A stretch of 64,000 bases of DNA, taken from Macrostomum lignano. Its lineage: Eukaryota. Position numbers and translations under genes: made by a program. Each line of letters opens with the position of its first letter. Position 1 is the stretch's first letter. Positions 1 through 11,358 of the stretch are shown in pieces. Under the pieces are notes generated by a model, which did no database searches, was not told the DNA's origin, and saw only the letters and a list, made by a program, of their open reading frames with translations. The stretch spans positions 1 through 64,000 of the forward strand of contig NIVC01004007.1 in the NCBI GenBank assembly GCA_002269645.1, read 5' to 3'.

Positions 1-303
1 GAAAAAAGCAGACTTGCCTCCAAACGGGCCGCCCCCGTCGCGGTACTGTTGCTCGCTGACTGCCTGGCGAAGGTGTGGCGCTGCCTCTCCCAGTTCGGCT
101 GCTGATGCTGCTGGTGCTGCAGGCTGAAATGCTGTCCCCCTGTCTCGCGACTCTCACTCTGGTGCCTGAAGCGGCCTGCAAGCGGGAAAGCGGAGCGGGA
201 CCGGCTTTGGCGCCTCATTTCAGGCAAGAATGCAACATATAGGCAAGGTTAGGCTATCTGCTTGCTCTTCTCTTTGAGGCTTTGGCGAACAAATTTCTAC
301 TAG

Positions 304-1301
304 CTAAATGCGGCCTCGGCCCGGTCCCTGCTCAGGATAGGGTCGTCCGCAATAGGGGCGGTTTGGAAGGGCCCACTTCCGCTGCAGGCAATCGAGTTTG
401 GCTAAACGGCCGCACATGAGTGTAATATGCAATTCATGCAAGTTTTGGGGGTAAACCCATCCACCCCAAAAAATCGTTCCTTACCTCCAAGGCTTTGAAA
501 GGCGTCCTCGAACGGCGCGGAAACGCCACCGTAGTTTTGCTGCGGCTGCTGGTATGACTTGGCGAAGTAGCTCTGCTGCTGATGCTGCTGATGCTGCTGA
601 TGCTGCGGAGGCTGCTGCTGGCGTTCGTTAAAATCGAACCGGCGCTCCTCGTCCAGGTCGTAGCCGCAGTCGCTCGCCGCTTTTCGCAGCTTCTTCAGCT
701 TCTTTTGCGTTCGCCGAAGCTCCATCGCCAGCTGCCGCTCCCGTTCGGTCTCGAAGCCGTCGCCGCGCCCGCCCCCGCCAGCGCCGCCACCGCTGCTGCT
801 CTGGTAGCGATAGGCGCCACCAGCTGTCGATGACGACGAAGAGAAGAGATGCTGCTGCTGTTGCTGGTGCTGGTGCTGGAATGGCTGCTGCTGCTGCTGA
901 AACAGAAGATTGTGATGCTGGTGAACTGGCTGATGCGGCTGATGGTGCACCGGCAGCTGGTAGGCGACATTGCGCGCCTGTTCCGCAGGCTCTGTTGAAC
1001 GATGCCGGAGCCTCTCGCCGGCTGGCCTTGCAGAACCTGCGGCGCTGCTGCCTTTGCCACCGCCGCTGCCGCTGCCAATGCCTAGCAGCTCATCCAGCAA
1101 GTTGTCGATATCCTGGACGGGCCGGTTCCGGCTGGTACCGTATCGCGACGATGAAGCCGAGTACTCGAACTCCGGCTGCTGCGAGTGCGACTGCAGCGGT
1201 GGCCCGAGTCCGGCTCCGCCGCCAAGGCTGCGGTGGGCGTTCCCTGAGCCGATATTGGCTGCGAATGGAGAGTTATTGAGGAGGCACTTCGGTGAGTTGC
1301 T
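304..1301 (-). CDS. 3' part of an uncharacterised Q/G-rich low-complexity protein with a short coiled coil (exons ~1300-485 and 401-304)
   Basis: Frame is open from 1301 to a GTAAGG donor at 484. An 83-nt intron ends in TTTAG at 402, and the phase-compatible last exon reads AKLDCLQRKWALPNRPYCGRPYPEQGPGRGRI* (TAG 306-304). Q/G-rich GC-rich composition matches the other exons in the window. 5' end unresolved. Confidence 0.5.
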
Positions 1302-2278
1302 TCAGAGCTTATCTGGTAAGTTATGAATATTTCTATACGTACTTGGATGGAAAAATTCATACTAGCTCGTAAATAGCTTTTACATTCGAATCAAATTTGT
1401 CCTGAAGCTACTCGCAGCAAATTAACTCACTCCTAAAAACGGTGCAGAAGCGATTATTCTGCTGAAAATCGCGCGAATTTGCGCCGTAGTTCATTGCGCC
1501 GAAAGTTCCTCTCGATTCTGGGTCGGTTAGAAGCTGTTAGTCCAAGAGACGCGAACGGTCGTCTTTAATACGGACACGGAACCCACAATGGCTCAGTCTG
1601 TGGCTCTGTTTGTCTAAGCTTTCTCGCCTTCTCGTGGCGCAGTCCAAGGGAGCGAAATGGAGAAAAAATCAAGAGAGGCAGGATTTTGGCAGGAGCGAGA
1701 GACAGGATTAGGATGGACCCGCATGGATTAGGTGAGGGCTGCGAAATGCCGACTGGGAGACCCGGAGGTGAAAGAGGCGGGCAGGCGAGAGGGAAGGAGA
1801 GGCGGTGCTTGGATGTCAACCAGCGCGGAGGAGAGGCTGAGGTGGGCGATGGAGAGGGGCGCGCACGATGCGTTCAATCGTTGCTGCCCAACGAATAAGC
1901 GGAGTAGCAGAAGGCCGAGCTGGAATCGCTGGCTTAGGAAGATATTTCGTTCGGGCAGAGGTACAGGCAGAAGGAACTTTCGGGGAAACGGTAGCTGGAG
2001 AGCCAGGTCTGTATGCCGGATGCTGCGAGGGAAAAGTGATCGATAATTTGTAGCCCAAAAAGGTTTGCGCCAGAAGTCAATGAAGGCTTCACCCCCGACC
2101 AAATTCGTGTTCGATGTACGTGCATGTACACTAGCGGCTGCTGCTGCTGCTGCTGCTGCACTCTGCGCCGCCAACTGCAGCTGCCACCTCTGCGATTAGA
2201 GAGGCTGGCTATCCTAGCAACTGCTGGGATGCTGCGATACCAGAGATGCTGCTTCAAGAAGTTGTCTAGTCGACCTTG

Positions 2279-2284
<6 letters not shown>

Positions 2285-2322
<38 letters not shown>
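2285..2322. repeat. (CT)n microsatellite
   Basis: About 19 CT dinucleotides, seen directly. Confidence 0.95.
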
Positions 2323-2325
<3 letters not shown>

Positions 2326-3995
2326 GCTCGATTTTTTCCAAGGCAACGCTGCTTTGCCACGGAACCGCCTATTCCCTTACTGGTGGTTGGGTTTAAGTGT
2401 CACGCCAGACCACAGCCAGCGCTAGCAATAGAATTTGGTACTGCGAATGCACACGGGGAGCAGAGAAGAAGACGGAGGAGACCGGGAGAAGAGCTATTTT
2501 TGGATTCGATCTAACTTATAGCAGCAGGCTATATAAAACGCTCTAAACAAACCCGCACAACAAATTTCTTCCAACGATTGCGTCCAAGTAACCGTGGACT
2601 GTTGTAGAGAGGAAAAGCAAAAGACACTGCCCTAGCTAAAGGAGGGGGGAGGCAGAAGCAGAAACGCAGTCGAGCTGATTCAGTATGAATTATGAAAATT
2701 GGCAGCCGTTTGCTGGTGTTTTGTCTGGCACGCTTTCCTTGCTCGAGCAGCTTATTTGTCTAAACCTGCTTCCCAACCTTGCCCACCGTGTGCGGCAGTG
2801 CGCGCTTCAGCCCAGCAGATGATGCCACCACTAGTGCATTCTTGTTCCCAAATTATGGGTTGCGTATGCGCCTTGCTTTCCCCTTCTTTCACTTATAAAT
2901 ATATCCTCAAATCTGGGCCCGCCCGAATCATTTCAGCCCAGTTTCAAAAACTGATTTTTACAATCGCCTGCCGTAGTAAAGCCCAGAACAGGGGGGGAGG
3001 GGGGGGGTCACAGGATCCGTGGCAGTAGCTGCCCTCGCTGCTCGACATTTTTCAGGTAAACTGGGGCCGGGGGAAGAGGTTCGTTCAAGCGCAGAAGCCA
3101 GATGTGCTGCAGTTCCGGCTTGATTCTTTTGCAGTCCTTTTCAGGCAGCCCAACCCGTGGATTGCGGGGGGAGCGCTGTGGAGCTGGAGGTCGGATACGT
3201 CTGACGCCGTTTCCCTGTCTCCACCAGCCTCCGCTTCAAGTTCTTCCTCATCAGCGTCTTATCAACGGGGCCTGCTGCAACAGCCAAGCCAAGCTTTTTT
3301 TGGGCAAAAGGCGAAGACCAAAAAGGGGTAAAGCGATGCGAACTGTTGGCGGGCAGGGCCTGCTGACTGGACCAAGCCGGAGTCAGAAAGTCTGCCCAGC
3401 AGTCAGGCTGCTTCCGCACCAGTGCCAGCTGGAAGCCCCTGTAGCATTGGCGCTCGGCTTTGGCCCCGACATGGAGAAGAATATTCGGGGGGGGGGGGGG
3501 GGGGGCTGGAATCCGAGTGCAAATGAGGCGCACTGGAATTGATCCAAGCTTTTTCCCTCGATCCCCCATGAAATGGCTCGGCAAAGGCGGGAAGTGAAAG
3601 CTAGACATACAGAAGAATACAAATGTTATAGAAGTGGCTGGGGAACTTGTTGGCCTCTCGTGTGATTGACAATATTTATGCAAATTGATGACTGGTTGGA
3701 TGTAAATGTTATTCACAATAATGTTCGCCTTAAGAGATTAGGAAAGTATTGGGCACATTGTTTTTTCATGTAGCTAGTGTTACTAGATGTATTATTAGTG
3801 CAAAGTTTCAAACAAACTTTCACGTTCCGTCCAAATTCTTCATACGGTTCAGTATTCAACTATTCGACCGCGATGCTTTACGTATCTTGATAAATATTGA
3901 GAAGCGGCAGTTCGGCTAGTTTCCGGTTTTTCGAGATTACATTCAAATGAATATTGGATGCCTGCGAACGCTCCATTCTAATGGCGGTGAACTGA

Positions 3996-4341
3996 GCCTT
4001 TTTTGTTTTTATTTTATTAGAGGCAAAGGGCTCTTCCTGACCCACTTTAAGCGACATGGTCGCACAACCGGCGAGACCCATTTCACCGACTCCTCTGAGC
4101 AGGTACACAAGCGCGCGGATATGTACGCAGTCATACGCACAGACACACACTCCAGTGTACAGCGGCCCTAACTTTATTTATCGTTAGGCATGTACACTTC
4201 ACTGTGCCTTGGGGGTTGGCCCTCAATGGCGTTAACTGCACGAGCAGAGCGAAGCCGAGATTCCAATTTATCCCCAAATTAGCACTTGGGATTAGTACTT
4301 GGGCCGCTGGCACATGAGAGCGCCGCGCTAAGCTATGGCCC
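3996..4341 (-). mobile_element. tRNA-derived SINE (family A)
   Basis: Collinear with the 32971-33291 copy (GCGCGGCGCTCTCATGTGCCAGCGGCCCA; GCCTAACGATAAATAAAGTTAGGG..CGCTGTACAC; CTCGCCGGTTGTG). A-rich tail. Candidate 9-bp TSD GTGAACTGA at 3987-3995 and 4342-4350. Confidence 0.8.
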
Positions 4342-4584
4342 GTGAACTGACTCTGAACTACGAGTATCTGATATATACTCAGCAACGGTCAAAAGTTCCA
4401 CCCTCCAAGCGAGATGAAAATTTTCTCACTTATTGCGACAACTTCTCACTCATCACAATTCAACCCTCAAGTTACGCAACCATAAGCAGCCGCGAGGAAA
4501 GGAAAGTTGATCGAATCTAACGTCAGTCGCACAAAATCATAAGTTTAATTTTTTATGCAATATAAGCAGTTAGAATTGCGATGC

Positions 4585-4905
4585 TTAATAACGCGTGTGG
4601 GATCCCCTCGCACGCAGAAGTGCGGCGACTCTGCCGGGCATCCTCAGGATGAGGCGGCGCAGAAAGTCCTGGAGAAGCTGCTGCCAAGCGTTTTCAATGG
4701 CATGACGCAGCTCCGCAACATTCTGTGGTGGATTCTCTTTTCGAATGCTGCGTTTTAGAAAGTCCCACGAGACATGCTCGATGGGATTCATGTCTGGGGA
4801 CCGGGAAGGCCAGCGCAGAGTGCTCAGCTGTAGCTGGTCTTTTAGTTGGCTAACAGCATCGGCTCGGTGTGGTGGCGCGTTATTGTTATCCTGGTCAATA
4901 TACAC
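4585..4905 (-). pseudogene. Tc1/mariner transposase C-terminal relic
   Basis: QD..APPH, WPSRSPDMNPIEHV.W and ARGSHTRY* are hallmark Tc1 C-terminal motifs. N-terminal part absent; small in-frame insertions (DNNNA, HVSW). Confidence 0.9.
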
Positions 4906-7900
4906 TCATCAACATTGAAAACCGCCACTTTAGAGCATTGGCGGCAGAGCAATTGACTTCAACTCACACTGCAATGACGCAAGATTTTACAACCTCTCGC
5001 TCAGGCGCACTAGATCTAGGGTGGCGAAGCGACCATATACAATTCCTTGACTGGATACTGTCGGGCTAAGCGCATCACGACTGTACAATCGTAGTGTCTA
5101 TGGTCAAAGTGGTCTGATCGCTGGGAACTCCTACATTCTGGTCAACGCCATATATATTCCATAGATGTGCTATAGTTGCTATAATGAATCTCATAAACAA
5201 TCCCATGCTCAGGTAAGCACTGCTCACACGCGCAGCCAGAGTCGCAGGGATCGCAGGCGCTGCTGCTGGCGGTTGCCTCCGGTGAGCTGCTGGCTGGCGG
5301 ACCGTCGTCGATCCAGCAGCCGTCATCGGTGCGGCGCACGATGGCGTACAGGCTGCCGTCGACTGGACCGATGCAGTGTTGCGTGCGGACCGCCTCTGCC
5401 GCTGTTTTAGTCATTGTTTCCATATGCAATCTCAGCGCCTGAGGCTGGCACTCCTTCTAGGACGGTTTTTCGTTTCTTATGTTCTAAACGTTCTTAATTC
5501 CCTCAGGCCGAAAGATTGGGTTTGAGTCGGATTTGCCTTTGTAAATTTGAATAACGAAAGCCGCGTTTATAGTCAACCGGGTCCGCGCGGTTTCACACAT
5601 GTCAGCTAAGGCGCTCATGAACTGTTGTTGGGTTTCCCCGCCCTCTCCCTGCAGCCTGCTAGGGCCTCCGCTACTCCAGCCAACCAGCCCGGGGGTTCCC
5701 GAGATTCCCACGCCTGCGGGCGGGGTGGGTGGCTGCGTTGAGAACAGGCAAAGAGGGGGCGGCGGCCTTGGTAGTTGACGGCGCTCATGGCCCCGACGCT
5801 GTCTCTCTGGGCAATGCCTAACCATGGTTCTGCTTCCCCCTCTCTCGCCCATTCTCTCTCTCTCTCTATCCCGTTTTGCATCGGCTGTTGTGTTGAAGAG
5901 AGAACAAGGCAGAAGGCCAGCTAACAAGCAGCTCAATATGGAAAGGCATTGGGTGAAGCTTCCACAGACACACGCAGGCGCACACACAAATTAGACTAAT
6001 GCGGAGTTTGCTGTTGTTTGCGTACTTAGTGCCCAACAGGGCGCGATACGCGCGGGGAGGGGAGAGAGAGAAAAAAAAATGAGAGGAAGGAGAAGACCGA
6101 AGTTGGTGCTGGGCAAATGCGATGAGCGGCGCGATTTCCGAGCGAATTCATGCTGAGAGCGCGCAACGAGTGGTGAGAACTATAGTTGCCGGTTGCCATA
6201 GCCCCTTGTCAACCGCGTCAACCGCTGCGCAGCAGGCTGCGAGCTATTAATTTGATTGCGCGATGGCAGCGCAGGGAATTATATAATACGCCCAGAGTAC
6301 GCGGGCTAGTTGCAATTACGACGGCTTCGGGTTACAGCGGCTCATTTGTGCTCATTTTTTGCCTTTCTAATTGCTGGTGTTGCACGACACAGCTCTGCCA
6401 GAGAAAGTTATTGCCGCGCTCATTCGACCCTTTTGGAAATGAATTAATAAATAGAATGTTGGAGTCTAGTTCTCTTCTCTTCGAGTACCCGTATGGAGCT
6501 CCATTTTAATTTAATAGAAGCTAGGAGTGCTGTGCCCCCAGCAAAATGCTTTCTAAAAATACTCATACGGGTAAAGAAAACTTGGATAGGAAGCTGCTAC
6601 ACCTGCTTCAGCTAATACGAGTGACAATTGAGAGTGAACAACATTGGCTAGACACAAATCCAAAGTGCACTTGTGTGCAAAAATGCAATTCAACATAATT
6701 GATGCCTTCGCCCCCTGCACACTGCATTGTGAGCTGGGTGATTCTAGGGGCAGAGTGAGCTTGAGAGATTGTCGGAGTCAGCGGAATGGACAAGAACTTA
6801 GCCTTCCTGCCATTATTATTACTATTGTTATTACTATTATGGGTGGTTCCATTCAAGGGCTGTCCTGCTTTTGAAGATACTTAGATTCAATAGCCGCACA
6901 TGTTATGAAGTCACATTTGGACTGTAAATCAAAATTCTATAGCATTAATTTGGTGTCAAACACAAGACGCCTTCATAGATAAACGTGATTACATTTGCAT
7001 ACACACGAATACACATGAAACTCAAAATTGAATTGTTTGCCTTTTTGCGTGGGGAATTCGCACATGTATAGTAAGAGCATTTGCACGCGCAAGATTACAA
7101 GATTAGCTTTGGCGTGGACCTTGGACCTTAGTCAGAAAGCACACAAAGATCTGTTAATGGTACTGTTATTTAATTAAACTTGACAATAGTTAATGTGAGT
7201 AGTAATCATACTGATATTTCACTTAATATTATCGAGTGTATCATATTTTGCTTGTTTACCTTCTCTGTTTGTATTTTTCCGACCAATGACCAAACGTATG
7301 CCAGTTTCAAATGATTTACTGGAAAAAAGGAAAAAACCATATATTCTAATGAATGTTAACGAGAATTTGGGCCTCCCAGTGTAATACCCAAACCTCAAAA
7401 CCGTGGACAACTTAAGTAAGAGCACGCTGCACTCGATTTTCTTAGAAATGAGATGGTAAGGAACGTTAGAGAACACATACAGCGCTGAATGGGGTCCTGC
7501 CATAGACTATTTATCGTTGTCCAGAGCTGGCAGTCCTGTGACGACACTTCGATGATTTAATGTAACTCAACTTTTCTCCGATTTCACAGCTTAATCCAAC
7601 TCTAGCCATAAGTCTCCACTCTCTCCTTAACAGCATTAGCCAGGGCCTTGTGACGAAAATTACATCGCCTTGCATTGCATTGAGAAGAGGACAGAGGTCA
7701 AAGCAGCTCAGTAATCTATGGCACAATACACAGGTGTGAATGAGGTGTCTGATAGTAGACTAGAGTTATGGTTTAGGATATAGGATTAATTTAGTTTTGG
7801 AATATGGAAGGAATCCAAGGATACGTAAGTCAGTCGTCGTAGGCCCTCTTGATAATACAACAGACCAAGCCGCACAGCCACAATGGTCATAACACCAGCA

Positions 7901-8429
7901 TTTACTGGGCGAGCGCGGTACTATAACTGTATTAGTGCATTGACTAAACGGCTGCAATAGAAGTTGGGAATTTAATGATGTAGCAGAGAATTGCAGCTGC
8001 AAAGTGGCCCGGAGGGATGCATTTAATGTAGAGACTGTGTGAGACTGACAATTTCACAATTTTTATTCAACCCGTTTAGGCTGTAGAGGTTGGTAGAGTT
8101 AGCACACAGAGTCGGCAGCCAAATTTATGGTAATATTGCAAACTACACTCGACACCGTAACATCTATCGAATATATTTTATTGTTAGTCAATTATTTCTG
8201 TAAAAGAAATAGAAATGGCTGACCACGAAAAAAGGCTAATGGACAACGGAAATTGCGATTTGTAAAACTAAAAACACAATAGGCAGTAAGTAGGATCATA
8301 GTAGTATGAAAGGCACACAATAAAACCAGAAAGAACTGCCGAATAATAACATTGCGCCTGTAAAAGGGACTGCCACTACTAATAGCAGTAAAAAGCGTCA
8401 AATGTTCCAATTAAAACAAATTAGCTTTT

Positions 8430-8972
8430 CTAGCAGAAGCCGCGATTAATAACTCTGGCGCCGAGGCAGGACGCGATGCAAGAGTTCAGGTAGGTGTTGC
8501 GCGCGCTGCTACCGGAAGCGTAGGCGCACACGGGATCGTAGTTGCTGGGGCAGTTGCAGTTGCCGCCGGCATTGCGATTGTTATAGTTATTGTAGTTGTA
8601 CCTGTACTGGTTGTAGTTGCGGTAGTTGCTCCGGTAGTTGCGGTAGTAGTTTCGGTAGTTGCGGTAGTTGTTCCGGTAGTTGTACGGGTTCCGGTTGTTA
8701 TAGATATTGTAGTTATAGCGACTGCGGCTCCAATAGTTTGGATAGCTGCCGCTTCTGGTGCCGCCGCTGGTTGTGCCGCAAAATCCGTAGGTAAACGAGT
8801 TGTAGCCGTTGCACTGGGCGTAACAAGAATTTGCGTAGGTTTGGCCGTTGGCGCACACGGGCTGGTAGCCGGCGCTGGCGCACTGGCTGCAGGACACCTG
8901 GCCATTGGCGAGATGGCTGGCAGCGGCGGCTAGCAGGACCACAGCCAGAGAGAGTGCGGAGCTGGAGCGCAT
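8430..8972 (-). CDS. Secreted protein with two Kazal-type domains joined by an Asn/Tyr/Arg-rich linker (180 aa)
   Basis: ATG at 8972 and hydrophobic signal peptide (MRSSSALSLAVVLLAAAASHLANG). Two 6-Cys Kazal patterns (YQPVCANGQTYANSC; CPSNYDPVC..TYLNSC). TATTTAA about 90 nt upstream and AATAAA at 8177-8182 (minus). Confidence 0.9.
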   Translation of the reverse strand: MRSSSALSLAVVLLAAAASHLANGQVSCSQCASAGYQPVCANGQTYANSCYAQCNGYNSFTYGFCGTTSGGTRSGSYPNYWSRSRYNYNIYNNRNPYNYRNNYRNYRNYYRNYRSNYRNYNQYRYNYNNYNNRNAGGNCNCPSNYDPVCAYASGSSARNTYLNSCIASCLGARVINRGFC

Positions 8973-9959
8973 CTTCAAATCAGCAATTAACTACCGGGCA
9001 GACTACCTGCGAAATTACCTGTCCTGTGGCGATAACCTTATGGGCTGATTAACTGAGCTGATTAAATACCTCTGCATGGGTGGGGTGGGTGGCGCCGGTC
9101 CTGCCTGCGCGCAACGTGCCAATAATTGATTGGCTGGCTGATCTTGAAGTTAGTCGGTTGGTTTACATCATTGTACAGTGCCATTGTTACTCTCACTACC
9201 CCCTCACTCTTATCTAATCTCATTCTCTGCCCCCCCCTCTCTGACTAAACGAGAGCTTAGCCTGTGTTATGCGTAGTACGAGTATCAAAGATAAACGTTA
9301 ATTGCCACTTTGCAATCGATGAAAACTTGTTTAAATCGGTTTTTACCAAATATAACAAAGATCACACCAAAGATAACAATATAGGACAGCGTGCACAAAC
9401 AGCCTGACTGGATGATTAATTATTGCTTGCTTAACTTTAAAAGTACACCAGGTAAGATTGAGCTACTCTCTAGCCAAACTAGCTCATTCTCCAGTGTAGC
9501 ACACCTTCTCAGATTGGCTTTTTTTAATAGGTAATAAAGTTAGAAGTTATTATTGAATTGAAAATAGGCTTTATTAGGCATAATATTTGCGGCAAGTTGT
9601 TTATGCCCAAAGCGTTTAATTATAATCAAGAGATAATGAAGAATTTTGTCCTACAGGTCTGCGATGACAAGTGAATGTCGAATACTCCATGGCAGTTAAC
9701 TATAATATTATTGATTTAATTTAAAGCTCCTTGTGCGATCAAATACATGTCAGAAATTGCCGGTTAGAGCTCTGATGCATGTACACTGGCACTGAGTAGG
9801 ATCATTTGTAATTTCCGGTTATGAGTCATTGTCTGGAAAATTGGTTATTATTTTGACAACTATTCATTACCTGTATAATTAATTGGTAAATATTCAGACA
9901 ATGGGTTATTGTTAGGACAGCTATTGTCAGGATAAAATTGGTCAGCAGAATTAAGGGCG

Positions 9960-10500
9960 GCATATTGGTCATCTATAGTCAGGGGTTTCATTGGTCATTT
10001 ATGTCAGGGGTGTCATTGGTCATCTATGTCAGGGGTGTCATTGGTCATCTATGTCAGGGGTGTCATTGGTCATCTATGTCAGGGGTGTCATTGGTCATCT
10101 ATAGTCAGGGGTTTCATTGGTCAGCTATAGTCAGGGGTGTCATTGGTCATCTATAGTCAGGGGTGTCATTGGTTATCTATAGTCAGTGTTGGCATTGGTC
10201 AGCTATAGTCAGGAGTGTCATTGGTCATTTATAGTCAGGGGTGTCATTGTTCATCTATAGTCAGTGTTGGCATTGGTCATCTATAGTCAGGGGTGTCATT
10301 GGTCATCTATAGTCAAGGGTTTCATTGGTCATTTATAGTCAGGGGTGTCATTAGTCATCTATGTCAGGGGTGTCATTGGTCATCTATGTCAGGGGTGTCA
10401 TTGGCCATCTATAGTCAGGGGTGTCATTGGTCATCTATGTCAGGGGTTTCATTGGTCGGTCATTTATAGTCAGGGGTGTCATTGGTCAGCTATAGTCAGC
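9960..10500. repeat. Minisatellite, 25-26 bp unit GGTGTCATTGGTCATCTAT(A)GTCAGG
   Basis: About 20 tandem units seen directly. Confidence 0.95.
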
Positions 10501-11075
10501 TTTCCGATACAACACGATCCTATTTCAGATCAGACCGATTGCATGCAAGTATCGCATCATTTCAAAGGATCTGATATTCTATTGTTATTTAATAATTCAA
10601 AAGTAAAAAAAAGGTTTTGCATCTTGAAGTTAGAATGACAAATTCAATGAGTTTCAAATAAATTTTCGACAAAATTACGTAATATTTCGTATGGCACTTA
10701 AGCCTCAAATTACAGCTCACACCTGTCTGGAAAAGAGTAATTTGTTGTGCGTTTCATATGCCTATAATTACTGCTTGAGCAATAAGCTGCTTCTCGCAAC
10801 AGTTCTCAGCCAGATCAATCCAGTGCTCCCTTGGCGCACACAGTCCACAGTGCACTGTATTGTTTGCAGTAGCATGCTATAGCGGCTCCGATTCAAAGTG
10901 GAACGTACCGCTAAAAACCTATTCTTTAGGGCTGCTTAGTGCAGACTTTACAGAATATAAATAATATTAATTGTTTTGAAGATATTGGCTATGTAGAATG
11001 TTTTTCTTATTCTCGTGTATTACTATGAAATTTGCATGTAACAAGCCATGGATAACTAAAGTACATTTATTTGTA

Positions 11076-11358
11076 GGAGGGGTTGTAGCCTAGTGGTTAG
11101 AGCGTTGGACTCACTATAGAAAGGTCGGGGGTTCGATGCTCGACCCTCCTTGAGCAAGACACTTAACTCTGCATTGCCTCAGTTCACCCAACTGTAAAAT
11201 GGGGTGCCAGCATCAGCTGGGGTAATTGAGGGTGTGTGTGGCGACCCCCCAGTCCTTGGACTGAACAGCCGTATGCAGCCTTCAGATGCGCCGCGCAATA
11301 GCTGCGGCTGAGCTGTCGGTTGCACATCTGGCCATTAGGGAAGGTGTAATAAAAAAAA
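11076..11358 (+). mobile_element. CORE-type (MIR-like) tRNA-derived SINE
   Basis: A box TAGCCTAGTGG and B box GGTTCGATGC, then CCTTGAGCAAGACACTTAAC..GCCTCAGTTCACCCAACTGTAAAATGGG resembling the CORE/MIR consensus; A-rich end near 11350. Confidence 0.8.

Noticed and set aside
2529-2539. TATATAAA box on the plus strand
   Set aside because: No supported downstream plus-strand gene.
3102-3716. Several ORFs around 3100-3700
   Set aside because: No consistent coding frame or motif; stops flank the acidic-looking stretch.
7501-7720. CATAGA..TCTATG hAT-like termini
   Set aside because: Flanking 8-mers (GGTCCTGC vs GCACAATA) do not form a TSD.
11076-11150. tRNA gene (also 32983-33045)
   Set aside because: A and B boxes are present but there is no complete cloverleaf, and both run into SINE bodies.
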